Below, piece after piece: positions 18,763-27,693 of a DNA stretch of 40,944 nucleotides; positions within the stretch are counted from its first letter, which is position 1; each line of letters starts with the position of its first letter. The notes under the pieces are model-generated. The model saw nothing but the letters and a program-made list of their open reading frames with translations. It had not been told where the DNA came from and made no database searches. The translations under genes were made by a program, and so were the position numbers. This stretch comes from Candidatus Micrarchaeota archaeon (GTDB lineage: Archaea; Micrarchaeota; Micrarchaeia; Anstonellales; Anstonellaceae). The stretch lies in contig JBDRNY010000032.1 in assembly GCA_043810635.1 (NCBI GenBank), positions 1 through 40,944 of the forward strand, written 5' to 3'.

Positions 18763-20106
18763 TTAATCCTGTGGAATAATCCTTGATTTATAATCATAAT
18801 CCGGCGAATCTGGGGGAAGAAGATAATCCCTATCTTCAAATCCTTCCACATAACCTATAAGCGGGCCTGCATATTCACGAAATATCCTGCTTATTGTCTT
18901 GCCATAATCTCCTACCCATTCCCTTGGCATGGTTTTTTTCTTGCCTGCAATATCCTCAAGATTCACATATCCTGAGCTTATTGAATATATATACCCCTCA
19001 CCAGTTCTTTCAATAATTATGCTTCCGCTCCCCTTTTCAAATGAGTAATCTACCACCTTTTTTCCCACATATTCAGCTTCCAGCCTGTCAACTAATGAAA
19101 CGCTATCAGGATATCCTCGCTGGAGATATCCAAGTATATGCTTTCTTATGTGCATGTTGCCTATTTCTTTATCCTGCCTCAGCTTCTTTTCAAGATATTC
19201 TGCAAGAGGGTTGCTTCCAGCACTTAAAGCAATGCCCCCAAGGCGTTTTTCTTTCTCAACATGCTTGTTGAGCTCTCTTGAGGCAATATCTGCCATAAGC
19301 TCAAATTTATGCCCCCCTTTTTCATCCAAATCCGGATTATCGTCTGTATAAAAATAACGTCTTACCCCTTCAGATACTACAACCACCGCCCTTCCCTTAT
19401 CATTTTCATGCCGCCTGTTTGTTGAGAGAACATCCTTAACATCATTTACAAAAAAATCAATATTGAAATTTACCTCAGGTACATAAACAAGATGCGGCCC
19501 TGCAAGCTCTGTGTACAAAAGGGTGCTTGCAGCAGCCAAAAACCCCGAATCCCGGCCCATTGTAATAATTATATGTATGCCCCCATCCTTATTTTCCTGA
19601 TTTATTGTTCCATGAGTATAGGTGGCATATGCAACATATCTTGCAGCGCTTCCAAACCCCGGAGAATGGTCTGTCAAAACCAGGTCATTATCAATAGTTT
19701 TTGGAATATGTGCCACAATAAGCTCATAATTAGACAAATTTTTAGATGCCTTATAAATTTCATTTGCAATGCCCGCTGTGCTGTCCCCCCCTATCAAATA
19801 AATATAATTTGCTCCCTGCTTTTTGAGGCGCTCTGCAATTTCCCCTGCACCGACCTGGTCTACATAAAAACTTCTGCTGGTTCCAAGATAAGCGCTGGGC
19901 TGTTTTCGAATTTCCTCAAGTTTTTTATCATTCATAAGCCCGACATAATGGTTTCTCATAATTCCGTCAAAGGCGCCGGGAGGGCCCAAAACCTCGATGT
20001 TTTTTTCTTTCAGCCTTTTTGCGCAGGCAACCAAGCTTTCATTTATTACCCGTGTGCCTCCGCCCGCCTGAAGAATCACTGCCCTTTTTTTCTGTATATA
20101 ATTCAT
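18763..20106 (-). CDS. PfkA-family phosphofructokinase (PPi-type clade, atypical motif)
   Basis: QAGGGT..IN, LGTSR, IGGDST, PKTIDNDL, TDHSPGFGSAA, MGRDSGFLAA, VVSEG, GYLQR. Confidence 0.88.
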   Translation of the reverse strand: MNYIQKKRAVILQAGGGTRVINESLVACAKRLKEKNIEVLGPPGAFDGIMRNHYVGLMNDKKLEEIRKQPSAYLGTSRSFYVDQVGAGEIAERLKKQGANYIYLIGGDSTAGIANEIYKASKNLSNYELIVAHIPKTIDNDLVLTDHSPGFGSAARYVAYATYTHGTINQENKDGGIHIIITMGRDSGFLAAASTLLYTELAGPHLVYVPEVNFNIDFFVNDVKDVLSTNRRHENDKGRAVVVVSEGVRRYFYTDDNPDLDEKGGHKFELMADIASRELNKHVEKEKRLGGIALSAGSNPLAEYLEKKLRQDKEIGNMHIRKHILGYLQRGYPDSVSLVDRLEAEYVGKKVVDYSFEKGSGSIIIERTGEGYIYSISSGYVNLEDIAGKKKTMPREWVGDYGKTISRIFREYAGPLIGYVEGFEDRDYLLPPDSPDYDYKSRIIPQD

Positions 20107-20224
20107 CCCACACTCCTCATTTAATCCATTTTCCTGATACTTATAAGAAGTCAAAATTTTTATACTAATTCCACATTGTCAGCTCAAGCCACAAAATTAG
20201 AATATATGTTATTCTGCGAATATA

Positions 20225-20370
20225 AGCCCCCGGGGAGACTCGAACTCCCGACTTCCTGTTATCTTGGAGAAAGAGACGGCGTCTCTTTCTTTTTCCAGGG
20301 TTTTTCTTTCTCCGCAAAGAGAAAGAAAAAGCCTTACAAGACAGGCGCTCTACCACTGAGCTACGAGGGC
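20225..20370 (-). tRNA. tRNA-Thr(UGU) with 74-nt intron at 37/38 (20261-20334)
   Basis: Acceptor GCCCTCG/CGGGGGC, anticodon stem CCTGT/ACAGG, T arm GGGAG-TTCGAGT-CTCCC; BHB central helix CTTG/CAAG; mature 72 nt. Confidence 0.93.
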
Positions 20371-20459
20371 GTGTAATTATTTTCTATCAGGCGCATATTT
20401 ATATATATAGATATTACATTCTATATCCACGCAATATTTATCTGAAACTAGGTATATTT

Positions 20460-20612
20460 ATGGGCAAATTTCCGGAAGCCGACGCATTGATAGCAAAAAT
20501 TGTTATTTGCAAAAAGTGCAAGACCAGAAACAAGAAGGGCGCATTGCACTGCAGAAAATGCGGCTACAAGCATTTCAGGCCGAAAAGAAAAGACATGAGG
20601 GTCAAGAAATAA
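20460..20612 (+). CDS. rpl40e: 50S ribosomal protein eL40
   Basis: Below the ORF-track cutoff; translated by hand as MGKFPEADALIAKIVICKKCKTRNKKGALHCRKCGYKHFRPKRKDMRVKK. Confidence 0.95.
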   Translation: MGKFPEADALIAKIVICKKCKTRNKKGALHCRKCGYKHFRPKRKDMRVKK

Positions 20613-20662
20613 TCATTTTCTTTTTGATTCTATTTTTTAAACTACTTATCCTATTTATTTTC

Positions 20663-20748
20663 GCAGGGGTAGCAAAGCCTGGTCAAATGCGCAGGGCTTA
20701 GGACCCTGTCTCCTAGGAGTTCGCGGGTTCAAATCCCTCCCCCCTGCA
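20663..20748 (+). tRNA. tRNA-Leu(UAG), intronless
   Basis: Acceptor GCAGGGG/CCCCTGC, anticodon arm CAGGG-CTTAGGA-CCCTG, long variable arm. T stem has a C.T mismatch and the 3' C run has one extra C. Confidence 0.88.
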
Positions 20749-20760
20749 TAAAATTTTCTT

Positions 20761-20833
20761 GGGTTCAAATGGTCAAACCCAAAGGGTTTGAGCCGCGACA
20801 TCCCGGCAGGGATGGCTGCGCCCTCCCCCTGCA
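20761..20833 (+). pseudogene. Duplicate tRNA-Leu 3' end interrupted by a 50-bp hairpin insert
   Basis: GGGTTCAAAT (20761-20770) + insert (20771-20820) + CCCTCCCCCTGCA (20821-20833). Confidence 0.8.
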
Positions 20834-20900
20834 TCCCGTTCTCCGCATATTTTGACAAAACCCTTTTAAATTCCTTCTCAGTGGATGTATGGGTTGCGCC

Positions 20901-22100
20901 ATGAAGCGAATTTTCACAATTTTCATTCTAATATTCGGGCTCATTATTTCAGGCTGCATAAATCCCCCCACCCCTCCAAAAGACAAGCCAGCCACTCCCA
21001 GCCAGCCGGCAATAAGCCCCCCAACCACCCTTACCAATGACACTCCTCCTGTTAGTGAAAACCAAACAACCGACCCCTGCCTGCAATACAATAATGTGCT
21101 TGAAAGCGATGAATGCTACAAAAATTTGGCGCATGCAACAGACAACTTCTCTTTATGCAACAAAATATATTCAGTTGCAACAAGGGATGTATGCCTTCTT
21201 CCCTTTTCACGCCTTGATGCAAAATTATGCAATAATTTAGTTTCATCAAAAAACAAGCAGGATTGCTTTGAATCCGCGGCATTGCGCCTCAACAACACCG
21301 ATTATTGCACAAAAATTTCAGATGGGGAAAGAAAGCAGGAATGCCTCAAAAAACTTTCCCCCCCGTGCTCATTCGAGCCTGATGCAAAATCAACACGGCT
21401 TTGCCAAGCCCTTTATTATAATGACACTTCATATTGCAGGGCTGGAGCATGCTTTTTCGAATTAGGTGTTGAGAATTCAAATTTGGATGCATGCAATGAA
21501 ATTTCCTCTTCCGAGCGCGCCCTCTCGCTTGCATGCAAATCAATTGTAAATGACAACATAACAATTTGCAATGACACAGGCATAGATACTGTTTCAGATT
21601 ATTGCCTCAAGCTGGCTGCAGAGCGCGCAGACAAGCCAGTGTGGTGTACCTTTACATCAGAAGGCAGCCCGTACGGAAACATGTGCCTTGAATATTTTGC
21701 GGTTAAGAATAACGACCCAACCCTTTGCAAATATACCGCCCCCGAGATGGAAAGAGACAACTGCTACATAAACTATTCTACAAGCACAGGAAATTATTCT
21801 GCATGCGAAAAAGCGATAAACAGCCTCCTCCGCTCCGAATGCTATTTTGACACGGCAATTGAAAACGGGGATGTGGGCGCATGCAACCAAATGGGATATA
21901 AAAGCAGGCCAAGCTGCTATAATTTGGTAATTAGCGGCGAAGTGCCCATAAAAAGCCTGGAATCATGCGATAGTATAATTGAAGAATCCTGGAAAGCAAA
22001 ATGCTATGTTGAATATGCATGGCAAACAGAAAATTCTTCAGTTTGCGATTTAATAGAAGAGGAGAAATATATAGACGACTGCAAATTCAGGGTAGGCTGA
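20901..22100 (+). CDS. Cys-rich repeat lipoprotein / surface protein
   Basis: Signal peptide with lipobox ISGC, Pro/Thr linker, many ~25-aa repeats C..I......D.CY...A....N...C, numerous N-x-S/T sites. Confidence 0.8.
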   Translation: MKRIFTIFILIFGLIISGCINPPTPPKDKPATPSQPAISPPTTLTNDTPPVSENQTTDPCLQYNNVLESDECYKNLAHATDNFSLCNKIYSVATRDVCLLPFSRLDAKLCNNLVSSKNKQDCFESAALRLNNTDYCTKISDGERKQECLKKLSPPCSFEPDAKSTRLCQALYYNDTSYCRAGACFFELGVENSNLDACNEISSSERALSLACKSIVNDNITICNDTGIDTVSDYCLKLAAERADKPVWCTFTSEGSPYGNMCLEYFAVKNNDPTLCKYTAPEMERDNCYINYSTSTGNYSACEKAINSLLRSECYFDTAIENGDVGACNQMGYKSRPSCYNLVISGEVPIKSLESCDSIIEESWKAKCYVEYAWQTENSSVCDLIEEEKYIDDCKFRVG

Positions 22101-22188
22101 TTTTTTACCCCGTAATTCTCACCTCTTTTTAAACCTTATCCCCCTTCCTTCCATTGCGACCATTAAAATTTAGAGTTGGGGGATAGGC

Positions 22189-22527
22189 ATGGAAAAATAT
22201 TTCGAACTGGAACAAGAGCAAATAATAACCAAAGCTCCCCAAGAAATAAGGCCTTCTTTTGACAAAATTCAAAAGCCCCTTATTGAAAAGCCCAAACCCC
22301 CAAAGCTTGCAGGAAAAACACCTGTTGAAAGCGCTTTCAGCAAAATAATATTAGAATTCCGCGCCGCGCGGCGCGAGCTTGAGGAAAGCATCGAGCGCCT
22401 CGAGAGATTGGCAAAAATAGGAATAATGGTAAACAAAGTGCGCACCCAAAAATCCATGGCGCGCCCTTCAGATGATTCAGACAAAGATGATTCAGATAAA
22501 GATGATGAAAACAACGGAAAAAAATAA
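22189..22527 (+). CDS. Hypothetical small coiled-coil protein with acidic tail
   Basis: GGGGG RBS; tail contains a 15-bp tandem repeat (DDSDK x2, 22471-22506). Confidence 0.65.
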   Translation: MEKYFELEQEQIITKAPQEIRPSFDKIQKPLIEKPKPPKLAGKTPVESAFSKIILEFRAARRELEESIERLERLAKIGIMVNKVRTQKSMARPSDDSDKDDSDKDDENNGKK

Positions 22528-22528
22528 T

Positions 22529-23776
22529 TCACCCCCCTTCAAATTCCAAAAGCGCATAAGTTTTATACCCTTCTTTTTCAAGCTTCTTTCTTCCCCCCAA
22601 ATCCGGCAAATTTATTACAAATCCACACTCAACTATTTCCCCCTTCAATTTTTCTATTAATTTGCATGATGCAATAGCCGTCCCTCCGGTTGCAATTAAA
22701 TCATCTATAAGCAAAACCCTCTCTCCCTCTTTAATAGCATCTTCATGCATTTCAATGCAATCTTTTCCATATTCCAGTTCATACTCTTCGCTAACAGTTT
22801 TTGCAGGAAGCTTGTTTTTCTTTCTTATGGGCACAATTCCCAATTTAAGCCTGTCAGCAAGCGCAGAGCCTATGATAAACCCCCTGGATTCTATGCCCAC
22901 AACCACGCCTATATCCATGCCGCAATACCTTTCCTCCAATATGTCAATAGTTTTTGAAAACCCTTCCCTGCTTTTCAAAAGGGTTGTAATATCCCTAAAC
23001 ATAACCCCTTTTTTCGGCCAGTCCGGCACTGTGCGTATATACTTTTTAAGCCACTCCCCCCTGTCAAAATTTTCAGCACTACGAGGGATTTTTTCAAGCA
23101 TTTTTTCAACAATAGAAAATGAATTTTTTGATGCGGTTTTTAAAAAATGCTTAAAATCTTCAGGCGCGGTTCCGTCCGCCCTGTCTGAAATGCACCTTAT
23201 TGTCACATGCGGCATATCATTTTTGTTGCAGGTGTGGGCAACTGCCGCGCTTTCCATGTCAACGCAATCCCCCCCAAACTTTTTCCTCAGCATATTTGCC
23301 CTCTTTTTGTCTGAAATAAATTGGTCTCCGCTTAACGCGCGCCCGGTAATTGCATTTAATTTCACTTCTTTTGCAGCTTCCATTGCAATTTTAATTAAAT
23401 TTTTACATGAAGAAAATTCCCTCAATTCAGAAAAAGGTATTTGCCCCTCCTTAAATCCTATTGCAGAGCCGTCCATATCATGCTGAATGCTGTCTTTGCA
23501 TACCAATATGTCATGAATTGCAAGGGAGGGATTTATTGCCCCCGCCACTCCTGTAAATATTATTGCAGAAGGGGAAAATTCGCTTATAATTATTTGGGAG
23601 CATATGCTGGAATTAACTTTCCCAACGCCCGCCTTCACAATTACTACATCCCTTCCATCCAATTTCCCGCAAAAAAAGTCAAACCCCGCAATGCTCACTT
23701 TTTTTGCTTTTCCAAGCTTTTCAAGATAAAGCGCTATTTCATCATCCATAGCGCCCATAATAGCGATTTTTTGCAT
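22529..23776 (-). CDS. Fused MTA/SAH nucleosidase (MtnN) - adenine phosphoribosyltransferase (Apt)
   Basis: N-half IAIMGAMDDE, GVGKVN, TGVAG, SGDQF, VDMESAA, IRCISD; C-half PDWPKKGVMFRDIT, ESRGF, YELEYG, IDDLIATGGT; one continuous frame. Confidence 0.92.
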   Translation of the reverse strand: MQKIAIMGAMDDEIALYLEKLGKAKKVSIAGFDFFCGKLDGRDVVIVKAGVGKVNSSICSQIIISEFSPSAIIFTGVAGAINPSLAIHDILVCKDSIQHDMDGSAIGFKEGQIPFSELREFSSCKNLIKIAMEAAKEVKLNAITGRALSGDQFISDKKRANMLRKKFGGDCVDMESAAVAHTCNKNDMPHVTIRCISDRADGTAPEDFKHFLKTASKNSFSIVEKMLEKIPRSAENFDRGEWLKKYIRTVPDWPKKGVMFRDITTLLKSREGFSKTIDILEERYCGMDIGVVVGIESRGFIIGSALADRLKLGIVPIRKKNKLPAKTVSEEYELEYGKDCIEMHEDAIKEGERVLLIDDLIATGGTAIASCKLIEKLKGEIVECGFVINLPDLGGRKKLEKEGYKTYALLEFEGG

Positions 23777-23845
23777 ATAATCAGTATATATCCAAACTTA
23801 AATTAGGCTTTTGCTTGCCTTTCCCCATATGCCGAATAAAATTAA

Positions 23846-24529
23846 TTAAAACATTTTCTTAAGTATGCAAGCATACCCCAACACTGCAATTATAATTATT
23901 ACAAAAACCGCGCCACCATAAAACAAGACATCCCCTCCTTTCTCATTTTCAATTTCGCTTCTTTGTTCAATCGATTCTGCTTTTTCAGTTTCAATTTTTT
24001 CCCCGCTTTGCGGAATTTCAGCTTCTTCTTCCCCCGCTTGCACCGGCTCTACATTTTCCCCGCCTTCTTCCCCCGTTTGCATTACTTCTTCTGCCTCCCC
24101 CGCTGTTTCATTTTTTTCTTCAATTATTTCCTCCACAGCCATTTCTCCATTTCCCCCTTCTGCTTTTTCTTCACCAGTTCCCACCCCGCTTTCTCCGCCT
24201 CCAATTCCCTCTTTTACATATGCAAGAGGATTTGCATCATATGCACTAAACGGGCTTCCAACAATAAAGAAAAGCTCCCCTTCCTCCTCACTAACACAAT
24301 TCATCTTCGCCACATCAGCAACCAGCCCTTCCGGGCATCCGCATTTTGCAACATCATCCATCAATATTCCGTTTGTTGAGCAAAATTTTGGCTTATTTGC
24401 AGAACAAGTGCCATAAGGCGTTCCATCTGTGCACACATCTTTTACACTGCACCCGCACCCTGCAGATGCCAAACTAACCAAACAGAGCATTGCCAAAAGA
24501 AAGAAAAAGCAGTTTTTCACTTCCCTCAC
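23846..24529 (-). CDS. Surface protein: signal peptide, Cys-rich module, acidic linker, C-terminal TM anchor
   Basis: CTDGTPYGTCSANKPKFC...CGCPEG, Glu-rich spacer, hydrophobic tail followed by KK. Confidence 0.75.
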   Translation of the reverse strand: MREVKNCFFFLLAMLCLVSLASAGCGCSVKDVCTDGTPYGTCSANKPKFCSTNGILMDDVAKCGCPEGLVADVAKMNCVSEEEGELFFIVGSPFSAYDANPLAYVKEGIGGGESGVGTGEEKAEGGNGEMAVEEIIEEKNETAGEAEEVMQTGEEGGENVEPVQAGEEEAEIPQSGEKIETEKAESIEQRSEIENEKGGDVLFYGGAVFVIIIIAVLGYACILKKMF

Positions 24530-24565
24530 CCGCTAAAATAAGGAATTTAGAGTAGATAAATCTAT

Positions 24566-24785
24566 CGCCTCAGATCGGACTTGAACCGATGACCTGTTGG
24601 TGTCTGTTGCCCGGGTTTTCTATCAGCGCGAATTTTTCTTTCTTTTGAACCCGATCCTACAAATTGCCTGCAGGCAATTTGGGACCCCAAATCCCGAAGG
24701 GATTTGAGGGGAGCCTGTTCTTTCTTCCTAAGAAAGAAAAGGGGCTCTAACAGCCAACCGCTCTAACCAACTGAGCTACTGAGGC
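24566..24785 (-). tRNA. tRNA-Asn(GUU) with 146-nt intron at 37/38 (24602-24747)
   Basis: Acceptor GCCTCAG/CTGAGGC, anticodon stem GTTGG/CCAAC, T arm ATCGG-TTCAAGT-CCGAT; BHB central helix CTGT/ACAG; mature 74 nt. Confidence 0.92.
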
Positions 24786-24927
24786 ATAGAAGCTTTTTCT
24801 TTTTTTAATAAAAGAAAAACCTTCAGGAAAAAGAAAAAATCCAGATAGAATAAGCAAATTCATCCTTTTAAATTATATATCCCCCGGGGCGCGATGTTTA
24901 TTAACCCAAAAATGCCCATCTATAGGT

Positions 24928-26173
24928 ATGGCAATTAAAGAAGCTGTAGTGTTAGCAGCAGGCGAGGGCACCCGCCTCCGCCCATTAACATATACCCGCC
25001 CCAAATGCATGATACAATTGGCAGGCAAGCCTATTTTGCACCATGTATTGTCCAATTTAAAAGAAGCAGGGGTGCAGAAGGCAGTTGTAATAGTAAAATA
25101 CAAGGAAGAAATAATCAAAGAATATTTTTCAAATGCAGATGTTGGAATAGAAATTGAATTCATCACCCAGGGGGAGAAAATACGGCACAGCAGCCGCATT
25201 TGCAGAAGCTAAAGGAAAAATCAATTCCACTTTTTTTGCAATTGCAGGGGACATCATATCCACCCCCAATGCATTGCGCTCGCTTGCAGACAAGCATGAA
25301 GGAAAAATTTCCGCATTATTAAAAGAAGTTGAAAATCCGGAGCAATACGGCATTGCACAAGTAGAACAAGGATATATTTCCTCTTTTGCAGAAAAGCCAA
25401 AAGCCCCCCCGAAAAAAGGGCTGGTAAATTGCTCTCTTTATGCAATGGACCCTTCAATTTTCGATAAATTGGAAAATGTAACAAAATCTTCAAGAGGGGA
25501 ATATGAAATTACAGACATGTTGAAAGAGGAAAAGGCAAAGGCAGTTATTACAGACGAATACTGGCTGGATATGGGAATGCCATGGCAATTATTCAATGCA
25601 AATGAATTTTTGCTTTCAAAAATGTTTGCAAGAAAAGGGCAGATTGAAAATTCAAATATAAAAGGAAAAATAATAATGGAAGAAGGGGCAAAAATTCTTG
25701 ATTCATATGTTGAAGGGCCTATCTACCTCGGGAAAAATTCTGAAATAGGCCCCCATGCCTACATACGCGGCACAACTTCAATAGGTTCCAATTGCTGCAT
25801 AGGAGATTCTACTACTGTAAAAAATTCAATTATATTTGACAAAGTAAATGCAAAACACCTCACTTATATAGGGGATTCTATTGTAGGGGAGGGGTGCAAT
25901 TTCGGGGCGGCAACCCAAATTGCAAATTTCAGATTTGATGCAGCTTCGATAAAAGCAAAAGTAAAAGATGCTGTAATTGACACCCAAAGGCACAAATTGG
26001 GCGCAATTATAGGGGATGAAGTGAAAATGGGGGTGCTTTCATCTGTAATGCCCGGCAAAATAATAGGAAACAATTGCTGGATAGGGCCGAATGTAATGGT
26101 TGAGGAAAATATTCCGTCCTACACCCATGTGCAGGTTGAGCAGAAATTAAAAACAAAAAAATTAAAACCCTAA
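24928..26173 (+). CDS. glmU: Bifunctional sugar-1-phosphate nucleotidylyltransferase/acetyltransferase, split by a frameshift near 25170-25180
   Basis: LAAGEGTRLRPLT..RPK in the first ORF; YGTAAA, EKP, RGEYEITD and hexapeptide repeats in the second. Removing one base from GGGGGAGAAAA joins ITQGEK-YGTAAA. Confidence 0.85.
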
Positions 26174-26191
26174 TTTATTTGGGAGGTTTTT

Positions 26192-27223
26192 GTGAAGCCC
26201 TTTCTTATTATCGGCATAGACCCCGGCAATACTATCGGCATCTGCGCATTAAATTTTGAAGGAAACCCAGTGCATCTCTCCCATATTGAGAATGGGGGAA
26301 TCCGCGAAACAGTTTCATTAATTGAAAAATGGGGCACCCCCTCCTTAATTGCATGCGATGTATTTCCCGCCCCTGAATTTGCAATAAAATTGGCTTCTTA
26401 TTTTAATGTAAAATTATCTGTGCCAAAAGAGAATTTAAGGGAGGAGGAAAAAAAGAAAATAGCTTTAAAAGAGGGGGAAAAGGCGGGAAGAAAAATTGCT
26501 GAAAATGCGCATGAAAGGGATGCTTTGGCCGCGGCAATAATTGCATACAGAAACGAGCAAAACATGCTTCGCTCCGCACTTACTGAAAATATTGAAAAAA
26601 ATAAAAAAGAAAAATTATGCCATTTGCTTTTGCAGGGGTATAGAAAGCATTCCGCGCTTGAAATGCTTTTCCCAAAAAAAGAAATGCAAATTTCCCCTAT
26701 ACAAAAAGAAAAAACAACTCCCTCCCCCTCCCGCCCAAAAAGCGCCTCCTCTTTTCTTTCCCGAATACATGAATTGGAAAGGATTAATACAAATTTGCAA
26801 AAAAGAATTTCCTTTCTAGAGCATGAACATTCAAATTTAATATTTAAATTAAGAAAAATGCAGAGCGGGGCATGGGAAAGGATGATGGGGGAGGGGGAAA
26901 TAAGAAAATTAAAAGCAAAAAATGCAAGGCTGGAAGAGAGATTGGATTATTTCAGAAAACTGCTGTTTATTTTGTCAAAAAAAGCAAAGAAATGGAAAGA
27001 AAAAAAAGAAAACACACGGGAAGCGGGCGCGGGAAAGAAAAAAGATGGGGAATTGGATGGGATGTGCGAAATAACGGGGGAAGAAAAAGAAAAGGCGGGT
27101 ATAAAAAAGAAAAAAGCGGAGGAAAAAACAGCCCATTCCGCGAAGAGTTTAAAAGGATTGGATTCAATGGATAAACTGGAACAGCTGGTAGACGAATACC
27201 GTGCAAACCGTTCCAGCAAATAG
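26192..27223 (+). CDS. DUF460-domain protein (RNase H-like fold + coiled coil)
   Basis: IIGIDPGNT.GI, GTPSLIACDV.P.P, NAHERDALAAA; GGAGG RBS. Confidence 0.85.
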   Translation: MKPFLIIGIDPGNTIGICALNFEGNPVHLSHIENGGIRETVSLIEKWGTPSLIACDVFPAPEFAIKLASYFNVKLSVPKENLREEEKKKIALKEGEKAGRKIAENAHERDALAAAIIAYRNEQNMLRSALTENIEKNKKEKLCHLLLQGYRKHSALEMLFPKKEMQISPIQKEKTTPSPSRPKSASSFLSRIHELERINTNLQKRISFLEHEHSNLIFKLRKMQSGAWERMMGEGEIRKLKAKNARLEERLDYFRKLLFILSKKAKKWKEKKENTREAGAGKKKDGELDGMCEITGEEKEKAGIKKKKAEEKTAHSAKSLKGLDSMDKLEQLVDEYRANRSSK

Positions 27224-27250
27224 GCATACAAAAGCTATTGAGGTGGAAAA

Positions 27251-27658
27251 ATGGACGACGAAAAAACAGGAACCGACGAAGTAAAAGCTGATGCAGAAAA
27301 ACCCATGGAAGCACCTGTCGAAGCAGAAAAACCCATGGAAGCACCTGCCGAAGCACCGCGCCAGCAGGAAAGGCCAAGGCGTGCGCCCGGGGATGAAAAT
27401 ACGATTTTCATCGGAAGAAAAAGCACAATGGGCTATGTGCTTGCAGTGGTTACCCAATTCAACAGCGGAGCGCCTCTGGTGAAAATAAAAGCAAGAGGAA
27501 AGCTCATATCCAAAGCTGTTGATGTGGCTGAAATTACGCGGGGAAGGTTTTTGCCTGGCGCAAAAGTGAATGACATCAAGATAACGACTGAAGAAGTGCA
27601 GAATGAAGACGGCTCAAAATCCAAAGTATCCTCAATTGAAATAGCAGTTGTAAAATAA
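27251..27658 (+). CDS. albA: DNA/RNA-binding protein Alba with acidic N-terminal extension
   Basis: IFIGRKSTMGYVLAV, IKARGKLISKAVDVAE, VSSIEI. Confidence 0.93.
   Translation: MDDEKTGTDEVKADAEKPMEAPVEAEKPMEAPAEAPRQQERPRRAPGDENTIFIGRKSTMGYVLAVVTQFNSGAPLVKIKARGKLISKAVDVAEITRGRFLPGAKVNDIKITTEEVQNEDGSKSKVSSIEIAVVK
27293..27352 (+). repeat. 2 x 30-bp tandem repeat in the Alba N-terminal extension
   Basis: GCAGAAAAACCCATGGAAGCACCTG(T/C)CGAA twice (AEKPMEAPVE / AEKPMEAPAE). Confidence 0.9.
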
Positions 27659-27693
27659 GAAAAATCTTCAGCTATCAGGGGGTGGTATGTGCT

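Noticed and set aside
20771..20820. Leu and Val fragment inserts as functional non-canonical BHB introns
   Set aside because: By hand I could not form a 4-bp central helix with two 3-nt bulges that regenerates a correct exon junction.
24602..24747. Box C/D guide RNA in the tRNA-Asn intron
   Set aside because: A CTGA is present near the 3' end but no RUGAUGA C box was found.
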